Source: Rhizomicrobium sp.
GTDB lineage: Bacteria > Pseudomonadota > Alphaproteobacteria > Micropepsales > Micropepsaceae
DNA: 64,000 bases
Direction of reading: 5' to 3'
Assembly (NCBI GenBank): GCA_036499345.1
Contig: DASYDX010000248.1
Coordinates: 8,600-72,599, forward strand
Shown here: positions 10,278 to 19,883 of the stretch, piece after piece
How positions within the stretch are numbered: position 1 is the stretch's first letter
How the letters are laid out: every line of letters begins with the position of its first letter
Program-made: the position numbers and the translations under genes
Notes under the pieces: model-generated
Databases searched by the model: none
What the model saw: only the letters and a program-made list of their open reading frames with translations
What the model was told of the DNA's origin: nothing

Positions 10278-11419
10278 GCGTTCTTCCCGTCCGGCGCTTG
10301 CGCCCGCCCCTTCCACATTCCGCCTTTGCCCGCCCAATGCTGGAGCGCGGAATCAAGCGTGAAGGCGGCATAAAATGCCCCGATCAAAGGCAGCACAAGG
10401 CCCCACAAAGGTGAGAGCCGATAGAAGCGCAAGATGGGCTGGAACATGATCGCCATGATCACCCAGGCCAGATAGGCGGCGAGCTGGACATAATACATCG
10501 CGAACAAAGCCCCCAGGACCGGCGCGATATAAACGGCAAACAGGCCCAGAAGCGTGCCCAACAGAAGCAATGGCGAATACCCCAATTGGGCATAGGCCGA
10601 ACGCGCCACCATCTTTCGAATATCGGACAGCTTTTCATAAGGCCTGAGGCTGACAGAGCGATCAGTCAACCCCAACCAGATCGAGCCTTGCTTTTTCATC
10701 ACGCGTGCCAAGGCGCAATCATCGATGATATTGTGCCGGATGACGTCCAGGCCGCCCGCACTTTCCAGTGCGCGCGCCCGCGCCAGCATGCATCCGCCCG
10801 CCGCCGCCGCCACCTTGCTTTTCGGATCGTTGACGGCGCCAAACGGGTACAGCATGTCGAAAAAGAACACGAAGGCGGGAATGAGGAAATGCTCCGCGGA
10901 TGTGCGGCAGGAGAGCCGCGCCATCAACGACACCATTACGCGGTTCTCGGTTTCGGCCCGCGCCACCAGCTGACGCAGATTGTCCGGCGTGTGCGCAATG
11001 TCCGCATCGGTAAACCAGAGAAATTCCGGTGACGATACGCTGGCCTTCTGTGCGCCCTGGCGCATCGCCCACAATTTTCCCGTCCAGCCTGCGGGACGCG
11101 GCTCGCCGCCGATCACCGTCAAACGTGGATCGTTCAAGGCCTGCGCCAGGTCACCGGTGCCGTCATCCGATTGGTCATCCACTAGGATGACGCGGAAATC
11201 GCCCGGATAATCCTGCGCCAACAGACTGGCGATACTGTGCTGAATCACATCGGCTTCGTCGCGGGCGGGTACCACCGCCACCACGGCGGGCCATGCCGCA
11301 GGTTCGGCAACCGGATTGGTGTCGCGCTCGCGCATCAGCCAGAAACCACGCCGCGCCAGCAGCAGTGTGAGCCATATGGCCAGCGGCAGAAAGCCGAACA
11401 GCACAGCTCCGGCGATCAT
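10274..11419 (-). CDS. hpnB: Hopene-associated glycosyltransferase HpnB (GT2)
   Basis: VVPARDEA, VDDQSDDGT, WTGKLWA, FTDAD, IIDDCALA motifs. Confidence 0.92.
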   Translation of the reverse strand: MIAGAVLFGFLPLAIWLTLLLARRGFWLMRERDTNPVAEPAAWPAVVAVVPARDEADVIQHSIASLLAQDYPGDFRVILVDDQSDDGTGDLAQALNDPRLTVIGGEPRPAGWTGKLWAMRQGAQKASVSSPEFLWFTDADIAHTPDNLRQLVARAETENRVMVSLMARLSCRTSAEHFLIPAFVFFFDMLYPFGAVNDPKSKVAAAAGGCMLARARALESAGGLDVIRHNIIDDCALARVMKKQGSIWLGLTDRSVSLRPYEKLSDIRKMVARSAYAQLGYSPLLLLGTLLGLFAVYIAPVLGALFAMYYVQLAAYLAWVIMAIMFQPILRFYRLSPLWGLVLPLIGAFYAAFTLDSALQHWAGKGGMWKGRAQAPDGKNA

Positions 11420-12408
11420 CGGATATAACCTTGGGTGACGAACCAGGCATGGGCGTCTTTCAAACCTTCGCGATAGGGGCGCGCGGCATAACCCAATTCG
11501 CGGCGCGCCTTCTGCGATGAGAAATACATCCTGTAGCGCGACATGCGCAGCGCATCGGCGGTGAGGAACGGTTCCTTGCCCGTGATCCGCGCCACGGCTT
11601 CGGCAGCGTAGGCCAAGGGAAATAATGGTCCGCGCGGCAGACTGATGGTGGGCGGTCGCCGGCCCGCCAAGCTCGCAATATCCGCCAGCATCTGCGCCAG
11701 GGTCACGTCCTCGCCGCCCAGAATATAATTCTCGCCGACCCGGCCTTTTTCCAGAGCCAGGAAATGTCCCTCCGCCACATCATCGACATGCACCAGATTG
11801 AGGCCGGTATCGACAAAGGCGGGCATGCGTCCGCCCGCGGCTTCCACGATGATACGTCCCGTGGGCGTGGGTTTGATATCGCGCGGACCGATGGGCGTGG
11901 ACGGCGCCACGATCACAGCAGGTAACCCTTCTTCCGTGATCATGCGTTCGACTTCACGCTCGGCCAGGAGCTTGCTGAGCTTGTAAGCCCCGATCACACT
12001 TTGCGGGCTATGGCGCGAAGTTTCGTCCACGGCCTGGCCATTGCCCGGCTTCAACGCCGCGACCGACGATGTGTAAACGATGCGCTCCACACCCGCTTTC
12101 CGTGCGCCCGCCATGGTGGCGCGGGCGCCCTCCAGGTTGTTGCGCGCGATCTCGGACGGGTCGCGCGCCCAAAGCCGGTAATCGGCGGCGACATGAAACA
12201 GATAGCGCGCGCCTTTCAGCGCCTGCGTCATGGAAGCGGCATCGCGCATATCGCCCGGCGCGATCTCGACATCCAGCCCTTCGATATTGGCGCGGCTGGC
12301 GGTGGGCCGCATCAGCACCTTGACCTTGAAGCCGCGCGTCAGCGCCTTGCGCGCGACTGCGGCGCCAACAAAGCCGGAGGCGCCAGTCACCAGAATGGTA
12401 TCACTCAC
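11416..12408 (-). CDS. hpnA: Hopanoid-associated NAD-dependent epimerase/dehydratase HpnA
   Basis: VTGASGFVG, HVAADYRLWA, YKLSK, PRDIKPTPTG; GTG start at 12408 inferred. Confidence 0.92.
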   Translation of the reverse strand: MSDTILVTGASGFVGAAVARKALTRGFKVKVLMRPTASRANIEGLDVEIAPGDMRDAASMTQALKGARYLFHVAADYRLWARDPSEIARNNLEGARATMAGARKAGVERIVYTSSVAALKPGNGQAVDETSRHSPQSVIGAYKLSKLLAEREVERMITEEGLPAVIVAPSTPIGPRDIKPTPTGRIIVEAAGGRMPAFVDTGLNLVHVDDVAEGHFLALEKGRVGENYILGGEDVTLAQMLADIASLAGRRPPTISLPRGPLFPLAYAAEAVARITGKEPFLTADALRMSRYRMYFSSQKARRELGYAARPYREGLKDAHAWFVTQGYIR

Positions 12409-13447
12409 GATGAAGCTCCGGTCCGGCCGCTCGCTTAAGCTCGCGGCGCTCGCCGCTTTCGCCGGTTCGCTGGACCGGCTCATGCGCTTCGCGCAACGCG
12501 GCTCGCCCTTCGACGCTTTGCCAATACAGCAGCGCCGGAATGCCGATCACAATCTCGCGCGCGCGTTTGAGCAGAGACACCGCCAACCCCATTTCGGCCG
12601 GGAGCCCGAACAGCGGCGCCAGCATGGCATAGCCCGCTTCCTGAACACCCAATGCGGCCGGGACGAAGGCGGCGATGGAGCGTAAGGTGCAAAGCAGCGC
12701 CTCCAACGCCAGCGCGTCGGCAAGACTGATATCGGCCCCCACCAGACGGAATGAAATGAAGGTGCCGCCACCCGCGCCGATCCAGGCCAGAAGATGCAAA
12801 GAAGCAGACGCCGCCAGCCGTGACGGCGCATCATAAAGATCGTGGATCGCATCGCGGAACGAGGTGCCGCTTTTCATCTGCGGGAAGAATTTGAGCGCGA
12901 TCCGTTCCGCCAGATTGGCGCCCTTCTTCTGCAGCAGGATCAGTGCGGCGATGCCCGGGATCGCCAACAATAATGTTGCCACCATCGCTTCCGTCAGGGG
13001 ACTGGCGCTGTCCAGATCGCGAAAATGCGCCACGCCCAACGCGATGCCGAAGGCCAGGAAGGCCACTTGCGCCATGGCCTCGGTGGTGGCGTCGGCGGCG
13101 ACGGAAGCGGCGGCATAGCCTGCATTCATGCCGCGCAGGATCATCAACCGTGCCGCGGCAACCATGCCGCCGACCGGCGAGAAGGGGGAAATTTCCGCGA
13201 TGGAATCGCGCACCAGCCGGGCAAGATAAAAGTCGCGCACGTCATGGCGTTCGGATTGCGGCAAAAGGAAAATCCACGCCGCCGTCAGCACCACGAAAAC
13301 GACAAGCGCATAAAGGCAAAGAAGCGCCAACCCGCCGATGCCCGCGCGCGTGATGGCGCCGAGAACGGCGTCAAAGCCGATTGCCCAGACCAGCCAAACG
13401 GCGGCAACCAGCCCGGCGACAAGCGCGGTGACAACGCCCCACTTCAT
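12401..13447 (-). CDS. hpnL: HpnL-like membrane protein (lysylphosphatidylglycerol synthase TM domain)
   Basis: Multi-TM; VPAALGVQEAGY and SLLKRAREI motifs; hopanoid context. Confidence 0.8.
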   Translation of the reverse strand: MKWGVVTALVAGLVAAVWLVWAIGFDAVLGAITRAGIGGLALLCLYALVVFVVLTAAWIFLLPQSERHDVRDFYLARLVRDSIAEISPFSPVGGMVAAARLMILRGMNAGYAAASVAADATTEAMAQVAFLAFGIALGVAHFRDLDSASPLTEAMVATLLLAIPGIAALILLQKKGANLAERIALKFFPQMKSGTSFRDAIHDLYDAPSRLAASASLHLLAWIGAGGGTFISFRLVGADISLADALALEALLCTLRSIAAFVPAALGVQEAGYAMLAPLFGLPAEMGLAVSLLKRAREIVIGIPALLYWQSVEGRAALREAHEPVQRTGESGERRELKRAAGPELHRE

Positions 13448-13467
13448 GGCCGATTTCCCGACAAGCG

Positions 13468-14316
13468 TCAGGCCGGCAGCGGCTTGGCGCGGAAACTCCA
13501 GAGGCGCAACGCGCCCAGCGCGGTCTCAGCCAACTGCGGCAGGAAGCTGGGGCGCAGCAATTCCGCATCGAACGCGCCCATGCGGCGCTTGTTTTCGGAA
13601 TAGCAATCTTCCAGGAAGCGGCGGAAGGTGAACCCGTCCAGGAAGACCGACGCCTGGGTGGCGGTGAAATCCTTGCCGTCGTTCAATTCCTTGCCGCGCT
13701 GGGCAGTGCCGACCATTCGGCCAACCGCGCGCATATAATAGCGGAACGAAGTGAGCGGCAGCAGCGCTTTAGCGAACGCACCCTTCTGTGCCTGGGAATA
13801 GGCCATCCAGTTGACGAAGAAGACGATGTGGCGCGTCTCTTCGTACATCAGGGTTTCGAAGATCTGGAACATTTCCTTGGGAAGGAATTCCGACTGCATC
13901 GCGATCTTGAAGACGCCGAAGCCGAGAAACGAATCCATGCACTCGCCAAAGCCGAAATCCTTGAAGCGGGTTTCGACATTGTCGCTGACATCTTCCAGCG
14001 GCCGCTCGGCGGCATCGATGCCGTATTTCTCGATCATCACCCGGATCAGCTTGGCGTGCCGGGCTTCCTCGAAGCCTTGCAGCGCGATGGCTTCCTTCAA
14101 GACCGGGTCGGTGACGGTTTCGGTAAAGGCCGCGACAATCGCCCCGGCGCGGCGCTCGGTATAGAAAACCTCTTCCCAGAAGGGCACGGATTTGAGGCGC
14201 GCCAGCGCCGCCTCGTCCAGATCCGGCCAGGGCAACGTATCCGGATCATACTCCGTATAGGTCTGCATGAAATGGCGGCAGAAAGTGTCGCGATGGTCCT
14301 GCGATCCGATTTTCAT
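13468..14316 (-). CDS. Ferritin-like di-iron protein (copy B)
   Basis: E...EEARH...EC...EETRH di-iron carboxylate pattern; paralogue of 14313-15224. Confidence 0.8.
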   Translation of the reverse strand: MKIGSQDHRDTFCRHFMQTYTEYDPDTLPWPDLDEAALARLKSVPFWEEVFYTERRAGAIVAAFTETVTDPVLKEAIALQGFEEARHAKLIRVMIEKYGIDAAERPLEDVSDNVETRFKDFGFGECMDSFLGFGVFKIAMQSEFLPKEMFQIFETLMYEETRHIVFFVNWMAYSQAQKGAFAKALLPLTSFRYYMRAVGRMVGTAQRGKELNDGKDFTATQASVFLDGFTFRRFLEDCYSENKRRMGAFDAELLRPSFLPQLAETALGALRLWSFRAKPLPA

Positions 14317-15224
14317 GCGCCAACCTTCTTTTTCTTGGATCCGACGAATTTCAGCGCCAGGCGCGCCATGAATGGCACGAAGCGGGGACGCTTCAGGCGT
14401 TGATCATAAGGCGCCAGCCGCCGGTCGTTTTCCGACACGCAGATGGCGATAAGCTCTCCGATGTCCACGTCGGCGCCCAATTGGCTCGCGCCATTGACGG
14501 TGAAATTCCAATCCTGCTCGCCATTGCCGACATTGGATGCGATGCCGATACGCTCCCAGACCAGGAACGCCCAGACGGCCAACACCTTCAACTCGAAATA
14601 GGGCCGGCGCCACAAAGGCATGTTGCGGCGATGCCAGGCGATCCAGTTGACGAAGAACAGGATGTGCCGCGCTTCTTCATTCACTACCGGATCGAACGTC
14701 CCGACCAACTCGGGTGGAAAATAACCGGTGTCCTTCGCCGCCTTGAACAGGCCGAAAGCGAAGAAGGAATCGATGCACTCGCTATAGCCCGTGACCATGA
14801 AAGACCATTCCGGGTCTTTGGGCCGCTGATAAACCGGCTCGGGCGCCAATTTGATGCCATACGCCTCGACCAGATTGGCCAGCACATGGCGATGGCGGCG
14901 TTCTTCAAAGCCGTTCAATTCGACAGCCTTGCGCAGCAGGGGATCGGGAATGCCTTCGGCATAGGTGCAGACATTCAGGCCCGCGCGATTTTCGGTCTGC
15001 ACCGCGATATCCCAGATCGGCAGAGAGGTAATGCGCCTCTCCGCTTCCTCGCCCAACCGGGGCCAGTCCAGCACCGCGGGCCGATAGGGATCGAAGGTGT
15101 CCAGCAAGGTTTTGCAGAACAACCGTTTGTGTTCGTCGCTGCCGATCCGGATCGGACCATCGTCCGGCCAGATGCCGGTGTCGCGGGAAAGGTCAGGCGG
15201 AATGGCGAAAGCCGGACTGCTCAT
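14313..15224 (-). CDS. Ferritin-like di-iron protein (copy A)
   Basis: E...EERRH...EC...EEARH pattern; ATGA overlap with copy B; start taken at MSSPAF. Confidence 0.8.
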   Translation of the reverse strand: MSSPAFAIPPDLSRDTGIWPDDGPIRIGSDEHKRLFCKTLLDTFDPYRPAVLDWPRLGEEAERRITSLPIWDIAVQTENRAGLNVCTYAEGIPDPLLRKAVELNGFEERRHRHVLANLVEAYGIKLAPEPVYQRPKDPEWSFMVTGYSECIDSFFAFGLFKAAKDTGYFPPELVGTFDPVVNEEARHILFFVNWIAWHRRNMPLWRRPYFELKVLAVWAFLVWERIGIASNVGNGEQDWNFTVNGASQLGADVDIGELIAICVSENDRRLAPYDQRLKRPRFVPFMARLALKFVGSKKKKVGA

Positions 15225-15280
15225 CGAAATGCTCTTAAGTCCTTGAATTTCTTGGCAGCCAGCCCGGCTACCGAAGCAAG

Positions 15281-16123
15281 CTATTGTACCGGAAAGTCGC
15301 AAAAGCCGCCAAGGCGAATATCCGCCGCAGCGATGATGGCAGGCATGCCCGGATCGGTCAGCGCCTGCAATTCCTTAGCGTAAGCATAGCCGGGCGCGGA
15401 ACCGGGATAGGACCCCGTTGCCGGGTGCATATAAATCTCCGAAAGCCCCTCTGGCAGGTGTTCCAACAGCCCTTTCAGCCGGGGTCCGGTCATGGCGCCG
15501 GACCAGGCCAGACCAAAGACTTGATCGGGCGCGGCAATTCCGGCCCGGCGGAAGCGGGCGCGCAGGGCCCGGGCAAAGGGCGCAGTCAGCGCCACGGTCG
15601 CGTTGGCCGGATGCTGCTCGATCCGGCGCAGGACGGCCTGCGGTTCCAGCGGCACGCGCGCGCCCTTCACACCATGGGCCCGCGCCATGGCGATCATCGA
15701 ACCGGCGATAGTGGGATGCAGATGGAAATGCTTGTGCGCGTTGACGTGATCAAGCTTGAGGCCGGTCGCGTCAAAGGCCGCGAACTGCGCCTCGATCTCC
15801 GCCGCAAGTTGGGCCCGGACCTTGGGCAGGAAGAACATCGCCGCGCCGGCCCGCGCCATGTCGGTGCGGAAAAAACCCTGCGCATCCACCAGATCGGGCA
15901 CCGCGCGGGCGGGAAGAACCGGCCTGCCCTCCACCAATACCAGATGCAGGCCGACCCGGAGCGATGGCATGGCGCGGGCGCGGGCGACGGCATCCTGCGC
16001 GGCCGCGCCCGAGACCATCAGGCTGGCAGCGGTGAGAATGCCGTCCTGATGGGCACGCTCTACCGCCTCATTGACCGCGATGGCGGCGCCGAAATCGTCC
16101 GCCGTGACGATCAAGCCCTTCAA
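15281..16123 (-). CDS. hpnK: HpnK (ChbG/YdjC-family deacetylase)
   Basis: LIVTADDFG, GLHLVL, DHVNAHKHFHLHP motifs. Confidence 0.92.
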   Translation of the reverse strand: MKGLIVTADDFGAAIAVNEAVERAHQDGILTAASLMVSGAAAQDAVARARAMPSLRVGLHLVLVEGRPVLPARAVPDLVDAQGFFRTDMARAGAAMFFLPKVRAQLAAEIEAQFAAFDATGLKLDHVNAHKHFHLHPTIAGSMIAMARAHGVKGARVPLEPQAVLRRIEQHPANATVALTAPFARALRARFRRAGIAAPDQVFGLAWSGAMTGPRLKGLLEHLPEGLSEIYMHPATGSYPGSAPGYAYAKELQALTDPGMPAIIAAADIRLGGFCDFPVQ

Positions 16124-16125
16124 GT

Positions 16126-17556
16126 TCAGGAAACGATCATGTCTTCGCGGTTGCGCAGGAACTGGAAGAACTCCACGCCTTCACGCAAACGCCGCACCAG
16201 CATGTCGCGCGAGGTCAGCATCTCGCCCACAATTTCCGCGATCTTGGAGGGGCGGAAATAGAATTTCTTGTAGAAATCCTCCACCGAATTGAAAATCTCG
16301 GTGTGGCCGAGATGCGGATAATTGAGCGGCGCAATCTGCGTGCCGTCATCGGTCAAAAGATCGACATCCGACGCGAACCAGCCATTCTCCTTGGCCTGTT
16401 TGTACAGGAAGGTGCCGGGATACGGCGCGGCCAGCGACACCTGCAAGGTGCGCGGATTGACTTCCTTCGCGAAGGCCAGCGTTTCCTGAATGGTTTCGCG
16501 GGTCTCGCCCGGCAGGCCCAGGATGAAGGTGCCGTGCACGACGATGCCCAATTCGCGGCAATCCTTGGAGAAGCGTTTGGCGACGTCGACCAGAAGGCCC
16601 TTCTTGATGTTGTGCAGAATCTGCTGGTTGCCGGATTCATAGCCGACCAGCAGCAGGCGAAGACCATTGACCTTCATCACTTCCAAGGTCTTGCGCGGCA
16701 CATTGGCCTTGGCATTGCACGACCAGGTGACGTTCAACGGACCCAGCGCCTTGGCCAGTTCTTCCACGCGGTCGTGATTGTCGGTCAGCGTGTCGTCGTC
16801 GAAGAAGATTTCGCGCACTTCGGGGAAATTGTCCTTCACATACTGGACATCCCGGACCACGCGCTCGATCGACATGAAGCGGTATTTGTGGCCACCGATG
16901 GTCTGGGGCCAGAGGCAGAAGGTGCAGCGCGATTTGCAGCCACGGCCGGTGTACCAGCTCATATAAGGGTGCAGCAGATAGCCGCCAAAATACTTCTTCA
17001 CCTCGAGCTGCTTGTAGAGCGGCAGCACCGAGGGCAGCTTGTCCATGTCCACCAGGATTTCGCGTTCCGGATTGGAAACGATCTGGCGATTGGCGTCGCG
17101 ATAAGTCAGGCCCTTGATGGTGGACCAGTCCGCGCCTTCCGCCAATTCCTTGATGGTGAAGTCATATTCATTGCGGGCCACGAAATCGAGTTCGGGGCAG
17201 GCTTCCATGCTTTCGTTCGGCTCGACCGCCACCTTGGCGCCGATGAAACCGATCTTGGCGGTGGGGTTGATGCCGCGCACCAGGCGCGCGGTCTTGCAAT
17301 CGGATTTGAAGCTGGGCGTCGAAGTGTGGATCACGATCAGCTCGTGCGCCTTCACATCTTCCTCGATGTCCTTGAAAGACAGATTGTGCGGCGGCGCATC
17401 GATCAGCCGCGAACCCGGCACCATGGCGGCAGCCTGCGCCAGCCAGGTGGGAAACCAGAAGGATTTGACCTCCCGCTTCATCTGATAGCGCGCACCGGCG
17501 CCGCCATCGTAACCGTCGAAGGACGGGGCCTGCAGAAAGAGGGACTTCATCGTCAT
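16126..17556 (-). CDS. hpnJ: HpnJ, hopanoid B12-binding radical SAM protein
   Basis: PSFDGYDGGAGARYQ N-terminus; GRGCKSRCTFCLWPQT. Confidence 0.95.
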   Translation of the reverse strand: MTMKSLFLQAPSFDGYDGGAGARYQMKREVKSFWFPTWLAQAAAMVPGSRLIDAPPHNLSFKDIEEDVKAHELIVIHTSTPSFKSDCKTARLVRGINPTAKIGFIGAKVAVEPNESMEACPELDFVARNEYDFTIKELAEGADWSTIKGLTYRDANRQIVSNPEREILVDMDKLPSVLPLYKQLEVKKYFGGYLLHPYMSWYTGRGCKSRCTFCLWPQTIGGHKYRFMSIERVVRDVQYVKDNFPEVREIFFDDDTLTDNHDRVEELAKALGPLNVTWSCNAKANVPRKTLEVMKVNGLRLLLVGYESGNQQILHNIKKGLLVDVAKRFSKDCRELGIVVHGTFILGLPGETRETIQETLAFAKEVNPRTLQVSLAAPYPGTFLYKQAKENGWFASDVDLLTDDGTQIAPLNYPHLGHTEIFNSVEDFYKKFYFRPSKIAEIVGEMLTSRDMLVRRLREGVEFFQFLRNREDMIVS

Positions 17557-17568
17557 GAACAACTACCT

Positions 17569-18720
17569 TCAGGATTGTGACAGGGCACCGCTGGGTTCAA
17601 CCGAAAAGCGGCTTCCCCGCCAATGCACGGTCTCGCCGAATTGCGACGCCACGAACACTGCAAAACTCAAAAGGTCCCGCACCGGCAACAGCCAGAAGGG
17701 ACCCGCATAGGTGCCAAAAATACCATCGACGCGATATTTGAGGAATAGCCGCGCCGCCAGGGTCACTCCCACAATCGCCAGGCTGGGCCAGGAGAAATCC
17801 AGCAACAGCGCCGATAACAGCGCAATCGGGAACCCGAATGTCACCACGCTGCCCAGATGCCCCAGGGGATTAACGGTCCGGATGGTGCGTGTCCAGCGCA
17901 GCTCGTGGCGGAACAGGTCGCGTGCGCTGGCTTCGGTCGCGGTATGGCCCACTCCCATGGCCGGGATGGCCAACCGGTGCCCCCGGACCCGCACGGCGCG
18001 GCCGATTTCATAATCGTCGGCGAGGTAATCGGCGAAGGCCATGAAACCGCCGATCTCGTCCAGCATGGCGCGGCGCAGTGCGATGGTAGAACCCATGCAG
18101 GGCTGCGCCAGACCCAGGCTGGTGCCCAGAACCACATTGGGCAGGAAATCGTAAGAGGTGCCCATCGCCGACAAGGTGGACCAGAACCCTTTGCCGTCTT
18201 GCGCCACTTCGCCCGTGTAAAGGCACGTCACCAGCCCTACGCCCGGCGCCGCCAGCGCGCTGGTAACTTGGCGCAGCCAGTGGGGTGACACGGTGATGTC
18301 ACTGTCCGACAGAACCAGCACATCATGGCGCGCCGCCGGCAGCATATTGATGAGATTGGAGACCTTGGCGTTGGAACCATGCAACGCGCCATCCGCCACG
18401 ATCACGGTGTCACGTTCCGGATAGCGAGCCTGCAGCGCCTTCACGATCCCGATGGCGGGGTCGTTCTGATCGTGTACACCGAAAACGATCTGCACCGGGC
18501 CCGGATAGTCCTGGGCAAAAAAGCTTTCCAAATTTTCAGAAAGGCCGGGTTCGCCCAGATGCAGGGGCTTGAGAATGCTCACGGCGGGATAGGTCGCGGC
18601 ACCAGCCGCCCGCCCCCGCATGAAACGGTCTGCCAGAAAGGCAGCCGCCAGGGCATAGCCCGCGCCCAAAAGCGCCAGCCCGGCCAAAACCTCGCCTGCC
18701 CAAAAAACCAGAGACGCCAT
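17569..18720 (-). CDS. hpnI: HpnI, bacteriohopanetetrol glucosamine glycosyltransferase
   Basis: SILKPL, NAKVSNL, LSDSD, LADDY, HELRWTRTIR motifs. Confidence 0.92.
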   Translation of the reverse strand: MASLVFWAGEVLAGLALLGAGYALAAAFLADRFMRGRAAGAATYPAVSILKPLHLGEPGLSENLESFFAQDYPGPVQIVFGVHDQNDPAIGIVKALQARYPERDTVIVADGALHGSNAKVSNLINMLPAARHDVLVLSDSDITVSPHWLRQVTSALAAPGVGLVTCLYTGEVAQDGKGFWSTLSAMGTSYDFLPNVVLGTSLGLAQPCMGSTIALRRAMLDEIGGFMAFADYLADDYEIGRAVRVRGHRLAIPAMGVGHTATEASARDLFRHELRWTRTIRTVNPLGHLGSVVTFGFPIALLSALLLDFSWPSLAIVGVTLAARLFLKYRVDGIFGTYAGPFWLLPVRDLLSFAVFVASQFGETVHWRGSRFSVEPSGALSQS

Positions 18721-18899
18721 CTTCTATCCGGCCCCCGCCGAAGCACTCTATTTAGTGGAGGGGGCAGGCAGGGAGAAGGCCCCGTCTGAAACAGCGCGCG
18801 ACAAATCCGCAATGTTGCCGGGATACCGCACCGCAACAGGGGGATTTCCCCTGGCGCAGGGCAGGTTTGCAACAGGCGCCGGATGGAACCTTGGCAAGG

Positions 18900-19883
18900 T
18901 CAGGGAGATTTGTGCTGAACCGCCGCTGCGCGGCTGGCACGGCGGCGGGGCTTGTCGGCGGCGATACCCGCGATCCAGTTGGAAAACAGCCTGAGCGTAT
19001 GACTGCGCCAGGATTGCAGGGGCACAGCGGCCATCACCACGTCATTGTAATGGGCGATCGGCGCCTGGCGGGCATCAAGCGCTTGAAGCGCATTCTCCGT
19101 GACGCGGTCGAAATAATTCTCCGGAATGGAGGGGCGAGTCCCCTTGCCTTCCAGATATCGCCCCATGTCGCGCAGATATTCCCGGCCCAAAGCCTCCGCC
19201 CCATATTCGGGATGGCCCTGCAGAAAGACGAAGCGGCTACGCCCTTCGCGCACGAACAGATCCACCGAACCGTCGGTCAGCCGGGTCAGGATCTTATAGC
19301 CACGCGCTGTCAAGTCGCTTTCCGTAAGACCGTTCTTGCGGGAATGCGGCGTGGCGGCACGTGGCGGAATACCGGTGAGCAGAACGTCATCGACGGTCCG
19401 AAGACTGTCGAAAACGCCACTCAGCTTCTTCGGCAAGGGACGGCGCGCGATACCGTCGAAATGCAGCACCGCCGCATGGGCCGCCAGACAGGAAAACAGG
19501 GTCGAAGCCGTTCCGCTTTCCGCCCAATCCATCAACCTTGTGAGAGCATGCCAATAAGGCTCTTCTTCCAGACCTTCCTCACGCGGCTCGGCGCCGGTGA
19601 TGATCAAGGCATCCATGCCTGACGTCGGCAGATCGGCTGCGTCCCCGTAAAAGCCTTCCATGCGGGACCGCGCCACCTCGCCACGCGGCACCTCCGCCAT
19701 GGCGAAAAGATGCAGCCGGACATCGAAATTCCCGGAAGCTTCCTTCACTAGGCGGGCGAATTGCAGCTCGGTGGCGCGAAGCGCGGAATCCGGCATGTTG
19801 TTGACCAGCGCGATATGCAGCGTGGCCCGGGTGCCGCGATGACCAAAGGCAAAATTCTCGAGATTCCTGCCGCTATCCGCCAT
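18900..19883 (-). CDS. metA: Homoserine O-succinyl/acetyltransferase (MetA/HTS family)
   Basis: LVNNMPDSALRATELQF, IITGAEP, catalytic C in FSCLAAHA, QGHPEY; start MADSGRN. Confidence 0.8.
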   Translation of the reverse strand: MADSGRNLENFAFGHRGTRATLHIALVNNMPDSALRATELQFARLVKEASGNFDVRLHLFAMAEVPRGEVARSRMEGFYGDAADLPTSGMDALIITGAEPREEGLEEEPYWHALTRLMDWAESGTASTLFSCLAAHAAVLHFDGIARRPLPKKLSGVFDSLRTVDDVLLTGIPPRAATPHSRKNGLTESDLTARGYKILTRLTDGSVDLFVREGRSRFVFLQGHPEYGAEALGREYLRDMGRYLEGKGTRPSIPENYFDRVTENALQALDARQAPIAHYNDVVMAAVPLQSWRSHTLRLFSNWIAGIAADKPRRRASRAAAVQHKSP

